Of a stretch of 64,000 bases of DNA, positions 28,015-38,553 are shown in pieces. The notes under the pieces are model-generated. The model was given only the letters and a program-made list of their open reading frames with translations, made no database searches and was not told the DNA's origin. How positions within the stretch are numbered: the first letter of the stretch is position 1; every line of letters starts with the position of its first letter. The DNA is taken from NCBI GenBank assembly GCA_035455165.1, contig DATIFP010000196.1, positions 24,237 through 88,236 on the forward strand. Reading direction: 5' to 3'. Origin of the DNA: Blastocatellia bacterium. GTDB lineage: Bacteria; Acidobacteriota; Blastocatellia; UBA7656. The position numbers and the translations under genes are program-made.

Positions 28015-28767
28015 TTGAAATACGGTGGGCAAACAAGTTGCCTGGTCGCGGTTACGCTGGCCCTCGCGGTGAGTTCGTCGTGTTTCTCCGTTTGTCGCGC
28101 GCAGGACCCCGGGAAACTATCGCCCCCCGAAATACTCGCGGCGGCCGCGGAGCGAGGCAAGCAGTTGCAGTTGGCGCTGCGCCAATACTCCTACTATGCT
28201 GAGCTGACCATCCAAACGATCAGTCAATCGGATACGATCACCGGCAAGTTCTATCGCTTCGCGTTGATCTCTTTTGACCGCGACGGCAATCGCAATGAGA
28301 AGGTGCTCGAGAACACGTCGACTCTTCCGAGAGACGTGTACATCGGTACGAATGCCGCCAACAATATGACTCGCGTATACCAGTTTATTGTCACGCCGGA
28401 AACGCTCACTCAGTATGAGCTGACATATGTCGGTCGCGAGCGCATCGATGAGCTGAACACTTATGTATTCGACGTGAAACCCAAGGTAAAAATGCCGGAC
28501 CCGGACAAGAGCGATGAGCGCTATCTGAGAGGCCGCGTTTGGATTGACGATCAGGATCTGTGCGTGGTCAAGATCGCGGGAGAAGCACTGCCCGAACAAG
28601 CCGCCCATCACACTCCGAAATTCGAAACCTACTTCCAGAATTACGACAAATATTGGTTTCCCGCAGCCACGTCGGCGGACGACAGCATACGCGTGGGGCG
28701 GCGCTTTACTCGTGTGGTCGTCAATGTTCGCTTCACTGGATACAAGAAAGCGAGCCCGCCAGGATGA
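28015..28767 (+). CDS. Secreted LolA-like protein, paralog 3 (TTG start)
   Basis: Starts 3 nt after the paralog 2 stop; YELTYVGRERIDELNTYVFDV, GRVWIDDQDLCVVKIAG, TPKFETYFQN, VRFTGYKKA. Confidence 0.55.
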   Translation: MKYGGQTSCLVAVTLALAVSSSCFSVCRAQDPGKLSPPEILAAAAERGKQLQLALRQYSYYAELTIQTISQSDTITGKFYRFALISFDRDGNRNEKVLENTSTLPRDVYIGTNAANNMTRVYQFIVTPETLTQYELTYVGRERIDELNTYVFDVKPKVKMPDPDKSDERYLRGRVWIDDQDLCVVKIAGEALPEQAAHHTPKFETYFQNYDKYWFPAATSADDSIRVGRRFTRVVVNVRFTGYKKASPPG

Positions 28768-30878
28768 CCGCCGGCCCAGCCGACAATCACCCCATTTCCA
28801 GGATTCGCGTACTGTGCGCTCTGACAGTATTTCTCGCCTCGATTGTTTTGTATGCATTGACCCTCGCTCCGACGGTGGTGTTTGTAGACAGCGGAGAGTT
28901 GATCGTGGCGGCGCGCTCGGTCGGGGTCGCGCACCCCCCGGGGTTCCCGCTCTACGTATTATTGGCCCATTTGGCGACGCTGGTTCCGATCGGCAACGTT
29001 GCGGAGAGAGTGAATTTCGCGTCGGCGCTATTTGGCGCGCTCGCCTGCGCGGCCCTGACGCTTGCGGTGATCGAAGTACTTACCACCCCACAGACGCCGA
29101 TTGACAAAGCGGGAAAGAAACTAGACCGCGGCAGAAAGCGAAGAAAGGCGAGCACCACAAATCAGGCGTCGAGCGACGTTCCTCAGAACACGCGATGGTT
29201 GATAGTCTCGTCGGTGACCACCGGCTTGTTATTCGCCTTCTCGCGAACGCTCTGGGCGTATGCAACGATCGCCGAAGTCTACACTCTGAACTCGCTGCTC
29301 ATCGCGACCGTCGTCCTGCTCATGTTTCTATGGCGTCGCGGCGTTCTCGAAGCGAAGCGATCGAGGCCTGATTCGTCTGGCCGTCGCGTCGCATCCGCGT
29401 CGCCGTCCGATCGTTACCTGTATGTGGCGGCATTCTTCTTTGGTCTCGCGCTCGGAGTGCACCATGTGACGGTTGGGTTGATGCTACCTGCGCTGGCGGT
29501 GCTGGCGCTCGCAACAGAGGGGATTGGGTTCTTCCGGAGCCGGCGGCTTCTTTATTCGGCGTTGTGTGCAATAGCGGGTCTGAGCATATACGCGTACCTG
29601 CCTCTGGCTGCTTCACAATCCCCGATCATGAACTGGGGCGATCCGCGAACCTTCGAGCAGTTCTGGTGGCACGTCTCCGGACGCCAGTACCAGGTATTCC
29701 TGGAGTGGTCGCTCAAAACGATGGCTTCTCAACTGGCCGGCTTCATCAAGCTCGTGGTTACTCAGTTTGGACCGTGGTGGTTTCCAGCGGCGCCAGGGCT
29801 CGCGATCGCGGGAGCCGTCGCGATATATCGCCGCGACAAATCGCTCTTTTGGTTTATTGTGCTTGTAGTCGCGGCCGATCTCGTCTATTGCCTTGGCTAC
29901 GAGATTGCCGAGGACAAGGACGCGTACTACCTGCCGTCGATAATCGCGGGGACAATGGCAGCGGGCTTTGGTGCGCAATGGTTCATCGCAAAAGTCATCG
30001 CCTGGAGACGACTCGAATCGAATCTCGGTCGCGACTTAGCTGTCTGTTTCATCGCCGTCGTATTGATTGCCGCCCTTGCCACGAATTTGCCCTTCAACAA
30101 CCGTCGCGGATATTTCATTGCGGCTGACTATCTCGACAACATCTATTCCTCGATTGAGCCGGGCGGAATGTTGTTGACGCGCGACTGGCAGGTCTACTCG
30201 CCGGCTCTGTACTTTCGAGAGGTTGAAGGCCGTCGCGAAGACGTGGTCGCAATCGATATCAACCAGCTTCGGCGGTCCTGGTACTTTGATTATCTCAAAC
30301 GCGCTTATCCATCCACCATCGAGCAGGCACGAGATAAGGTAGACGCTTTTTTGGAAGACCTGCGCCAATGGGAGCACGATCCGGATCTCTACCAGCGTGA
30401 CGTTGTGCTCAATAGGCGGATCAGTGCTCGATTTTACGATATGATTCTCGCGTTCGTGAGCAATCACCTGCGGTCGGCGCCGGTTTACGTCACCCTGGAT
30501 ATCGCCGCCAACCGCGATGGAGAAGATGCAGAGCTGACGAAGTCGCTTACCGGCTCCTATCAACTGGTCCCGCAGGGTCTGATCTTTCAGGCAACGCGAC
30601 AGCGCGAGTTCCAGCAGCCTACGGATCGGCCGCTAAATACGCGCGGGCTCGCCGGCGGGACGACCAGATTCGAGGACACCGACGTCGTGAAGCAGAAGGT
30701 ATTGCCGGCCTACGTGACAATGCTGTACAACCGGGGGCGTTATCTGGCGGCGAACGGCATGCACGAACAGGCGATCGTGGCTTTCAAAGAGGCGCTCGAG
30801 CTTCAGCCAGGATTCTCCCCGGCACAGCAGGGAATAAACGAGAGCGTGAATGCCAGGGGCAAAACAGGCCTCCGCTGA
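28764..30878 (+). CDS. DUF2723-type multi-pass membrane protein (putative PMT/ArnT-like glycosyltransferase) with C-terminal TPR
   Basis: ATGA start/stop overlap with paralog 3. N-terminus MTAGPADNHPISRIRVLCALTVFLASIVLYALTLAPTVVFVDSGEL...PPGFPLY. C-terminal TPR-like AYVTMLYNRGRYLAANGMHEQAIVAFKEALEL. Confidence 0.6.
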   Translation: MTAGPADNHPISRIRVLCALTVFLASIVLYALTLAPTVVFVDSGELIVAARSVGVAHPPGFPLYVLLAHLATLVPIGNVAERVNFASALFGALACAALTLAVIEVLTTPQTPIDKAGKKLDRGRKRRKASTTNQASSDVPQNTRWLIVSSVTTGLLFAFSRTLWAYATIAEVYTLNSLLIATVVLLMFLWRRGVLEAKRSRPDSSGRRVASASPSDRYLYVAAFFFGLALGVHHVTVGLMLPALAVLALATEGIGFFRSRRLLYSALCAIAGLSIYAYLPLAASQSPIMNWGDPRTFEQFWWHVSGRQYQVFLEWSLKTMASQLAGFIKLVVTQFGPWWFPAAPGLAIAGAVAIYRRDKSLFWFIVLVVAADLVYCLGYEIAEDKDAYYLPSIIAGTMAAGFGAQWFIAKVIAWRRLESNLGRDLAVCFIAVVLIAALATNLPFNNRRGYFIAADYLDNIYSSIEPGGMLLTRDWQVYSPALYFREVEGRREDVVAIDINQLRRSWYFDYLKRAYPSTIEQARDKVDAFLEDLRQWEHDPDLYQRDVVLNRRISARFYDMILAFVSNHLRSAPVYVTLDIAANRDGEDAELTKSLTGSYQLVPQGLIFQATRQREFQQPTDRPLNTRGLAGGTTRFEDTDVVKQKVLPAYVTMLYNRGRYLAANGMHEQAIVAFKEALELQPGFSPAQQGINESVNARGKTGLR

Positions 30879-30971
30879 TCCCCGTTGAGCCGACTCCTCT
30901 GAGTCCCAGGTCAACCGTCTTCTCAACCGACGCACATCGAGACTATAATCGACTTTCCAGGGAAATTGATT

Positions 30972-31340
30972 ATGGCCGCCACTGACGAGGACGACAGTCA
31001 TCCCGGGCGTTCGTTGAGCGCGGGAGAAATCTACATTGAGATGAAGCGCCGTCTCGATCGGGGCGCTCGCGCAGCGATGGCGACGGTTGTGAAAACTCGA
31101 GGATCGACGCCTCAGCAGGTCGGCGCCAAGATGGTGATATTCGACGACGGTTCGTTTATCGGGACGGTAGGCGGCGGTTGCGTCGAAGCCGACATCTGGG
31201 CCGAAGCCCGCGAAGTATTGAGCACGGGAAGGACTGACATCTATCATTTCAACTTGAACGACGAATACCAAGACGCCGAAGGCATGGTCTGCGGGGGTCA
31301 GATGGACGTGCTTATCGAGCGCTGGTCGTACGAAGAGTGA
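30972..31340 (+). CDS. Stand-alone XdhC/CoxI-family N-terminal domain protein (no Rossmann-type C-terminal domain)
   Basis: AAMATVVKTRGSTPQQVGAKMVIFDDGSFIGTVGGGCVEADIW matches the XdhC_CoxI N-domain pattern; the ORF stops after 123 aa and 130 nt of non-coding sequence follow. Confidence 0.6.
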   Translation: MAATDEDDSHPGRSLSAGEIYIEMKRRLDRGARAAMATVVKTRGSTPQQVGAKMVIFDDGSFIGTVGGGCVEADIWAEAREVLSTGRTDIYHFNLNDEYQDAEGMVCGGQMDVLIERWSYEE

Positions 31341-31472
31341 GACTGCCCCATCTCCTTACGAGCTGCTGTTCATCCGAAGAGACCAATCAACTTGTGCCGC
31401 CTCAGAGGCGAGCGGATCAAGTGCGACGTGTGGCGTCGATTCGGCTCGCGTGTACGGGGCTCTTGAACTCCT

Positions 31473-32873
31473 ATGCTAGACTCTTCTCGAATGTCCGATC
31501 AGCGCGTGTTAATTGTGGACGATGAGGAAGCCGCGCGGCAGGGCCTCAGCGAGGTTGTCGCGAGCTGGGGCTACGTGACCGAGACCGCTCCGGACGGGAG
31601 GGACGCAGTTGATCGGGTCGAGAGCTTCGCTCCCCTCGTTGTCATCACCGATGTAGTGATGCCCAATCTCGATGGTTTCAAGTTGCTTGCGCATCTCAGG
31701 GCTGAACACCCGGAGACCTCTGTGATCCTGCTGACCGGGCAAGGCTCGGTAGACGCCGCGATCCGTTCCGTCAAGGACGAAGGCGCTTTCTACTATTTCG
31801 AAAAGCCGATTGAGATGGGAAGGCTGCGTCTGGTCCTGCGAAAAGCCGCGGAATACAGCAGCGCGCGGCGCGAAAACGAGTTGCTTCGTCGCCAGCTTCG
31901 CCAGTACGGATGTTTCGGCGACATGGTGGGTGATTCGGAAGCGATGCGCGAGATTTATACGCTGGTCGAGCAGGTTGCGCCGAGCGCGGTGTCAGTGCTG
32001 GTCACCGGCGAGTCGGGCACAGGCAAGGAAATGGTCGCGCGGACGATCCATAAGCTCAGTCCGCGGGCGAGCCAGCCCTTCATTGCCATCAACTGTGCGG
32101 CGGTGCCTGAAACGCTCATGGAATCCGAGTTGTTTGGGCACGAGAAGGGAGCATTCACCGGCGCCGCCGACCGGCGCATTGGTTGCTTCGAGCTGGCCAA
32201 CAACGGAACGCTGCTGCTTGACGAGATTGCGGACATGCCATTCCTTCTTCAGGCGAAGCTCCTGCGAGTGCTCGAAGACAAAAAAGTACGCCGGCTCGGC
32301 TCAACCAAAGAGACGAACGTCGATGTCCGAGTCATCGCCGCTACGAACAGGGATCCGGTGAAGGCGGTGCAACAGGGTACACTGAGAGAAGACTTGCTGT
32401 ACCGTTTGAACGTAATTACAATCAAGCTTCCTCCGCTGCGCGATCACCGCGACGACATCCCGCTGCTGGTTCAGTACATGATCGACGAACTGAGCAAGCG
32501 GCACAACAAGTCGGCGCGGCTCATGTCGGCTGACGCAATCGAGGCTCTGCTTGGGTATCATTGGCCGGGCAACGTTCGCGAGCTGCGGAATGTAGTCGAA
32601 CGCGCGGTTGTGATTTGCGACGGGGAACAGATCGAAAAGCGCCATCTGCCTTTTCACATCACCGGCCAGGAACCCTCACCAACTGCCGACGCCGTGATGA
32701 TACCGATCGGCATGCCCCTCGAAGAAGTAGAACGGCGTGTGATACTCAGCACACTCGCTCGCACTGAATACAACAAGACGCGGACTGCTGAAACTTTGCA
32801 TATCAGCCTCAAGACGCTCCACAACAAGTTGAAGGCGTACAAAGAGGCGGGCCTGGAAAAAGACGAAGTATGA
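31473..32873 (+). CDS. Sigma54-dependent response regulator (NtrC family)
   Basis: Receiver (VLIVDDEE...DVVMPNLDG), [24 protein letters not shown]-terminal HTH ([19 protein letters not shown]). The true start may be the MSDQ codon at 31494. Confidence 0.9.
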   Translation: MLDSSRMSDQRVLIVDDEEAARQGLSEVVASWGYVTETAPDGRDAVDRVESFAPLVVITDVVMPNLDGFKLLAHLRAEHPETSVILLTGQGSVDAAIRSVKDEGAFYYFEKPIEMGRLRLVLRKAAEYSSARRENELLRRQLRQYGCFGDMVGDSEAMREIYTLVEQVAPSAVSVLVTGESGTGKEMVARTIHKLSPRASQPFIAINCAAVPETLMESELFGHEKGAFTGAADRRIGCFELANNGTLLLDEIADMPFLLQAKLLRVLEDKKVRRLGSTKETNVDVRVIAATNRDPVKAVQQGTLREDLLYRLNVITIKLPPLRDHRDDIPLLVQYMIDELSKRHNKSARLMSADAIEALLGYHWPGNVRELRNVVERAVVICDGEQIEKRHLPFHITGQEPSPTADAVMIPIGMPLEEVERRVILSTLARTEYNKTRTAETLHISLKTLHNKLKAYKEAGLEKDEV

Positions 32874-32907
32874 GTGGAAACCTGCGTTTCAACTCGTTCT
32901 TATTGAC

Positions 32908-34872
32908 ATGGCGACGACAATAGCGGCAGGGGAACAGCCCAAACAAGCGGAAGAGCGTTCCGCGAAAGTACGAGTGCGATCGGGCAGTCCGCTTCGACTG
33001 AACCTCGGAGTGCGAGCTCGCCAGATTGCCATCATCACCCTCCTGATCGCATTGATAATTGTTGTCTATTCGGCAGTCAATATCGCCAATCTGACCGGCG
33101 TCATCATCGGCCGCGCAACCGAAGAGGCTCGCCAACTGTCGGCCCAAATCGATTACGCCGTCAGGCAAGAACTTGCGCACAACGCCGCAGTCGATCGCGT
33201 CGATGACTACACGGCTCTAGTGAGCGAGCACTCGGGTATCCGGGGGCTGATGGAGTCAACCATCGTCAGTTCGAACAATATCGCTTATGTGTATCTGGCG
33301 AACGTCAGCGGAGCGATTATCGGGGATTCCGAAGGACACCGCGAGCTGGCGGCCAATCGATACATGATCGGGGACGCTCGGAGCGAGCGCCCCGACCTTT
33401 ATCGGTTGGCGAACCAAAACGGATACGCTCAATTGTTGAGGGTCTTGCTCGGCGGTCCGATCTACGAGTATCGCGAGCACCTTCCGATTCCGCGCAAGGG
33501 GTCCATCGAGCCCGAAGGATCTTTTGCCGGTGAGCTGCACATCGGCGTTTCAGCCACAATCGTTCGGAAAGAGTTGCTGGGTTCAGTTGCGACGAATCTG
33601 ATTATCGGGTTGTTGGCATTGGTTGCAGCCGCGGTCGTTGCGGTCAGTTCCGCTAACCTGTTGCTGCGCCCCCTTCAAGCGATCTCAACCAGCATCGATC
33701 GATTGGGGCTTACGGATGAAGAGCCGCTTCTCACCGGCGACGATCTGCCGCGCGACGAAATGGTGACCGGCGTGACTGCCCGGCTCAGACAATTGGGGGA
33801 ACGGCTGGCTGGCGAGCGCAGCGAGCTCGAGCTCATGCGCGGGCGCCTTCGTCAGGTGGTGAGCCATCTCGAAGAACGCCTGCTCTTGATAAATCGAGAG
33901 GGGAGGGTAATTCTTGCAAGCCCGGACGCCGAGCAGATACTCGGAATCAACGGCGTCGATCTCACCGGACTCCCGATCGACGAGACGCTCGGCGCCGACC
34001 ATCCTCTGGTCGCAACGGTCGAACGCGCCTTCAGCCAGAGAAGATCGATCGCGCGAACAACCCTGCAGCTTCCCGGAGCGCCACGCCCGCGCCAGCTCCT
34101 GGCGTCGGTGCAGTACATCGAAGACGCGGGCGAGCCGGTGGGTGCTCTCGTCAGCATGCGCGACTACGAATCGTTTCAAAAGTTTGAGTCTCAGTGGGAT
34201 CTGTCCAAGAAGCTCGCGGACCTTGGTCGAATCACCTCAGGCATCGCGCACGAAGTTAAAAACCCTCTGAACGCTATGGTGATCCATCTGGAGATTCTTC
34301 GTTCGAAGCTCGAGACCGGAAAGCCGGATCACAAGCCGCAACTCGAGATACTGGACTCGGAGATCAAGCGACTCGATCGGGTCGTTCAGACCTTTCTAAC
34401 CTTCACCAGACCCGTCGAAGTGCACCTTCAGCCGATCGATTTGAATATTATCGTGAGCCAGGTGATCGCTCTGGCGTCCACCGAGGCCCAGGAGCGCGGG
34501 GTGAAGATCAACACTCAACTCGAGCCCGGACCCCTGGTCGTAAAAGGAGACTCCGACCTCCTGAAACAAACGCTGTTGAACATCATCATCAACGGTTGTC
34601 AGGCGATGCCCGAGGGAGGCCCGATGAAAGTCGCAACCTCGCGAGGCGACGACGGCTCGGCGCGGATAACAGTAACCGATCGCGGAATCGGCATCGCCGA
34701 TGAAGACCAAGCTCGTATCTTTAATCTCTACTACACGACGAAGAAGGGCGGAACAGGGATCGGGTTGGCCCAGGCGTTCCGCGCTGTCCAACTGCACGGT
34801 GGAGAGATCGCATTTCATAGCCAGGTAGGTGTCGGAACCGCCTTCGAGATAATCCTGCCCGCTGCGGCGTGA
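32908..34872 (+). CDS. Sensor histidine kinase (two TM segments, periplasmic sensor, PAS, HisKA, HATPase_c), NtrB/AtoS-like partner
   Basis: TM1 IAIITLLIALIIVVYSAV and TM2 LIIGLLALVAAAVVAV. H-box GIAHEVKNPLNAM. DRGIGI, GGTGIGL. Confidence 0.85.
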   Translation: MATTIAAGEQPKQAEERSAKVRVRSGSPLRLNLGVRARQIAIITLLIALIIVVYSAVNIANLTGVIIGRATEEARQLSAQIDYAVRQELAHNAAVDRVDDYTALVSEHSGIRGLMESTIVSSNNIAYVYLANVSGAIIGDSEGHRELAANRYMIGDARSERPDLYRLANQNGYAQLLRVLLGGPIYEYREHLPIPRKGSIEPEGSFAGELHIGVSATIVRKELLGSVATNLIIGLLALVAAAVVAVSSANLLLRPLQAISTSIDRLGLTDEEPLLTGDDLPRDEMVTGVTARLRQLGERLAGERSELELMRGRLRQVVSHLEERLLLINREGRVILASPDAEQILGINGVDLTGLPIDETLGADHPLVATVERAFSQRRSIARTTLQLPGAPRPRQLLASVQYIEDAGEPVGALVSMRDYESFQKFESQWDLSKKLADLGRITSGIAHEVKNPLNAMVIHLEILRSKLETGKPDHKPQLEILDSEIKRLDRVVQTFLTFTRPVEVHLQPIDLNIIVSQVIALASTEAQERGVKINTQLEPGPLVVKGDSDLLKQTLLNIIINGCQAMPEGGPMKVATSRGDDGSARITVTDRGIGIADEDQARIFNLYYTTKKGGTGIGLAQAFRAVQLHGGEIAFHSQVGVGTAFEIILPAAA

Positions 34873-35010
34873 AGCCGCCATCCTTCGCAACTCCGGCTTT
34901 TCGTTGAAGAAACGAAATTCATCTGTGCAGCGCACCCGAGGCCCTTTTCCGTCATCGGAATGTCTGGGGTTTATCGAATGGAGCAGAGGGGGCCGCGCGG
35001 GAGGACTTCG

Positions 35011-36288
35011 ATGTTCATGAAATTCCGCAGACGTGCAGCCGTCTCTGCTACAGTCTCCCTGATTCTGACCGCCACCTTCGTCGGAGCGCAAAGCGAAGGG
35101 GACATCCTAAAGATAACTCGCCCTCATAGCGGCGAAAAACGGTACACCCGCAGCACTTCCTTGGCCCAACTGAGTCGCGAGGCGGTGTTCGACAGGATGC
35201 ACGCGGCAACCACGCCCATTCCCCAATTGAAGAGTCGACGCAACCAGCGCATCGAGGCCGCGCGCGCGAGTGCCTTCGGTCGAACGCGCGGATCGGCCTC
35301 CGCGCCGACGCTCCTGAGTTTCGGCACCGGCGGAGGTGATATCAGCGAAATCGAGCCCAACGATCAAGTCGCCCAGGGCGTGTCCTTGCCGGTGAATCTT
35401 TTTGGCGAGATCCGGTTTGACGGCGACGTTGATTTCTTTGCTTTTCAGGCCCTGGCGGGTCAGCAAATCACTATCGAACCAATCGCCGCCAGACTCCCTG
35501 CTTCGCAGCTTGTCGCGGACATCGCGCTGTTCGATTCTACGGGGAAGCTGATCGAGGCCAAGACCGGCGACGAGAACACCGATCCGTTGATCCGCTTTGT
35601 GTCTCCGATAGATCAAGCGCTGTCAGTTGGTATCTCGGATGCTGACGATCTGGGCGGCCGCAGATTCGACTACATCCTGAATATCACGCGTGGCGTCGAT
35701 GTCGACGAACAGGAACCAAACGACCAAAACGCGCAGAGCGTGAACGAACTTCCAGCTACGATATTTGGCGACATCACCGGACGCGACGACGTCGACTTCT
35801 ACAGCTTTACAGCGCTTGCCGGCCAGACACTGATCGTGGATGTCGATGCCGAGGTGCTGGGTTCACGATTGGACGCCGAGATAAACGTGAGCGACCCCGA
35901 GACTGGAGTCGAGTTCTTCTATAGCGATCAAAACGACGGCGACGATCCGCGATTCAATATCGTATTGCCCTACACCGGCCGCTATGTGGTTGGCATAGGC
36001 GCGTTCAATAACAACTCGAGCGGGTTCTACCGGATCAACGCGTCGCTCGTTTCGTCCGCGGGCGCCCCCATTATCACTTCGGTTACGCGGCTGTCGAAGA
36101 AGTTCATCGAAATCAGCGGCGCGGGATTCACCGAGCGATCTGTCGTGGAAGTGAACAGCTTAGCGCGTCGAACCAACTTGACGAGCGAAGGAAAACTGCA
36201 GGCTAAGATAAAGTCTCGGACTGGAGACGTCGTCACGGTTTCCAATTCGCCCGATGACCGCAGGTCGAATCCCTTGCTGGTACAGTAG
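35011..36288 (+). CDS. Secreted protein with two pre-peptidase C-terminal (PPC)-type domains
   Basis: GGGAGGA before ATG 35011; signal peptide; two repeats of EPND--AQ-V--LP---FG-I----DVDF--F-ALAGQ. Confidence 0.6.
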   Translation: MFMKFRRRAAVSATVSLILTATFVGAQSEGDILKITRPHSGEKRYTRSTSLAQLSREAVFDRMHAATTPIPQLKSRRNQRIEAARASAFGRTRGSASAPTLLSFGTGGGDISEIEPNDQVAQGVSLPVNLFGEIRFDGDVDFFAFQALAGQQITIEPIAARLPASQLVADIALFDSTGKLIEAKTGDENTDPLIRFVSPIDQALSVGISDADDLGGRRFDYILNITRGVDVDEQEPNDQNAQSVNELPATIFGDITGRDDVDFYSFTALAGQTLIVDVDAEVLGSRLDAEINVSDPETGVEFFYSDQNDGDDPRFNIVLPYTGRYVVGIGAFNNNSSGFYRINASLVSSAGAPIITSVTRLSKKFIEISGAGFTERSVVEVNSLARRTNLTSEGKLQAKIKSRTGDVVTVSNSPDDRRSNPLLVQ

Positions 36289-36545
36289 CCCGCACGACCT
36301 TGACCCTGAAGGCAGCCTGTAAGTCTTGAAGCCGCGCATCTTGACACAAGTAGCGGCCCATGGTTGAATGCGACCGATCCGTATAGACAATCGGCTGACC
36401 TCGTTTTGAATAGCAGAATCCCGATCTTTCGATCTACACCTGTGAGCGTGTGAGTTTGCGCCGGCCGCAGACGTGCGCTTCGTCGTGTGGAACGAGATGC
36501 AGGTCATCGGTTCTGGCTGATTTTGTCAAGTGAAAGGTAAGAAGG

Positions 36546-38330
36546 ATGACCCTGTTGCGCAGGAATTCGCATTGGCTCGGCCTGTTTCTCGCATTCATTT
36601 GCCTTAATACGCTGCCGGCGGCGGCGACAACAGTCGTGATGCTCCCGGATACCGACCTGATTGTGAGCTCTCGGCTGATAGTCACAGGACAAGTTGTCTC
36701 GGTAGTCAGCGCGTGGGACGATCGGGGCTCAATGGCGTGGACTTACGTGGAGGTTCTCACTGATAGAGTTCTTAAGGGCGAGTCTGAGACAACGATTGTG
36801 CTGAAACAGATGGGAGGCACGGTCGGCGAATCAGGAATATACATACCAGGGCAGCCCCGATTTGCTCCGGGCGAGCGAGTGCTTCTATACTTGAACTCAG
36901 CCAAAGATGGGAGCCTTCACTCCGCTCATGCTTTTGTCGGCAAGTTTTCGATAGTGAGAGACTCGGCAGGGCGCGAGTTCGTTGAACGCTCGATTGATTC
37001 CCGCGACGTTCAGTTTCTCCTTCAGGCGAACGACTCCGAAATTACAAATCGAGCGCCGTTAGACTCTTACCTTGAGACGATTCGCGAGACCTTGAGGCGT
37101 GAAGCGAATCGCGCGGCAGAGATCGACGGGAGTCGGGCTGGAGAGCCTGTGACCGCGGTACCCGCGGAGTACGCGCGCAAGAAGCAGCAGTCTCGTGGAT
37201 ATGCGCCCGAGTTTGTGCTGTTCGGCGGCGGAGTGCGGTGGATGGAAGCCGATTCAGGGCAGGCGATTTCGTACAACCTGAATACCAACGCGTCGCCGGT
37301 GGCGGGAGGCGGCTCGGCGGAGGTTACGCGTGCAATGAGCGCCTGGTCCGGTAGCGGGGCAGGCATCCGGCTTCTGATCGCGAATCAAACTGGAAACTGC
37401 GGCATCGTGTTTGACAATTCAAACACCATCTCGTTTGGCGATTGTATGAATCAATTGGATCCACCTGTTGGCTGTGCCGGCGTCGCTGCGCTGACGGCGT
37501 TCAGTTGGACCCGCGAATTTAAAGTTATTGGCGGCACGACTTTCAGCCGCCTGATCGAAACAGACACAATCTTCAACAAAGGAATGGAGTGCTTCCTTGG
37601 AAATTCAGCGAATCTGGCTGAGGTGGCGTGCCACGAGCTGGGACATTCGATAGGTCTCGATCATTCGACGGACGCGTCCGCAATCATGTGGTATCAGGCT
37701 CACGGGCGCGGACGTGATGCCACGCTCGCCGCGGATGACCGGGCGGGAGCGCTGGCGATTTATCCCACGACTGGCGGTGGAGGAGGACCCGGGCCGGCAC
37801 CCGGGGCACCGGTGATCATCACCAGCTTGAGCGCGAGCGATGGGGTCCGAGATCGCCAATACAGCTCTACTTTAACTGCAAGCGGAGGGATACCACCCTA
37901 CCGCTGGAGCTTGATCTCGGGCACGTTACCGCCGGCGTTGAGTCTTTCCACGAACGGCACGATCGCGGGCATTCCCACGGCAGCGGGTTCGTATACGTTT
38001 GCGGTTCAAGTGTTCGATTCTGGGAGTCCCGTTCAATCGGACGCCAAATGGTTGTCGATCAAGATTCGCGAGTCTGGTGGCTCGTCGGGCGCGCCGTCGA
38101 TCACTCGAGTGAAACTCAAGGGATCAAGAAAGCTCAGAATCTTCGGCCTGAACTTCCGTGCGAATTCTCTAATCGTCATCAACGGGTTGGTGTACCAGCC
38201 CACCAGCTACGAACAAGGCGGATCTGAGGATAACCTTTTTCTCAAGAAGAGGCTCCAGCTCGGCCCAGAAGGAACGAACATAGTGGTGGTCAGCAACACC
38301 GACAACAGTTCCGCACCATTCTTCTTTTAG
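36546..38330 (+). CDS. Secreted zinc metalloprotease of the matrixin/M10-like type with C-terminal putative-Ig/cadherin-like domain
   Basis: Signal peptide. HELGHSIGLDHSTDASAIMW (HExxHxxGxxH plus Met-turn). C-terminal region PPYRWSLISGTLPPALSLSTNGTIAGIPTAAGSYTFAVQVFD, typical of the dystroglycan-type putative Ig domain. Confidence 0.75.
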   Translation: MTLLRRNSHWLGLFLAFICLNTLPAAATTVVMLPDTDLIVSSRLIVTGQVVSVVSAWDDRGSMAWTYVEVLTDRVLKGESETTIVLKQMGGTVGESGIYIPGQPRFAPGERVLLYLNSAKDGSLHSAHAFVGKFSIVRDSAGREFVERSIDSRDVQFLLQANDSEITNRAPLDSYLETIRETLRREANRAAEIDGSRAGEPVTAVPAEYARKKQQSRGYAPEFVLFGGGVRWMEADSGQAISYNLNTNASPVAGGGSAEVTRAMSAWSGSGAGIRLLIANQTGNCGIVFDNSNTISFGDCMNQLDPPVGCAGVAALTAFSWTREFKVIGGTTFSRLIETDTIFNKGMECFLGNSANLAEVACHELGHSIGLDHSTDASAIMWYQAHGRGRDATLAADDRAGALAIYPTTGGGGGPGPAPGAPVIITSLSASDGVRDRQYSSTLTASGGIPPYRWSLISGTLPPALSLSTNGTIAGIPTAAGSYTFAVQVFDSGSPVQSDAKWLSIKIRESGGSSGAPSITRVKLKGSRKLRIFGLNFRANSLIVINGLVYQPTSYEQGGSEDNLFLKKRLQLGPEGTNIVVVSNTDNSSAPFFF

Positions 38331-38431
38331 TTCGGGCGAAGGCCTTCATCAGCGCGTGCATTACTCGAAGCGCAAACGCGGTCGAATGGTGGAAATCCCC
38401 AGCGGCATCTGCTAATCTCTTTGCCTCATAA

Positions 38432-38504
38432 CGGGCGCTTAGCTCAGTCGGTAGAGCACTGTGTTCACACCGCAGGGGTCACTGGTTCGAGTCCAGTAGC
38501 GCCC
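38432..38504 (+). tRNA. tRNA-Val (anticodon CAC)
   Basis: Cloverleaf folded by hand: acceptor GGGCGCT/AGCGCCC, D-arm GCTC-AGTCGGTA-GAGC, anticodon stem CTGTG/CGCAG with loop TTCACAC, T-arm ACTGG-TTCGAGT-CCAGT, discriminator A, CCA not encoded. Confidence 0.85.
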
Positions 38505-38553
38505 ACTGTTTTTGGCCCGCCTTCATTAGGGTTGTGGCAAGAGTCAAATCGTT

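Noticed and set aside
27136-28857. 298-aa and 246-aa minus-strand ORFs across the LolA-like paralog array.
   Set aside because: Antisense to three mutually similar sense-strand paralogs; mutual paralogy supports the sense frames.
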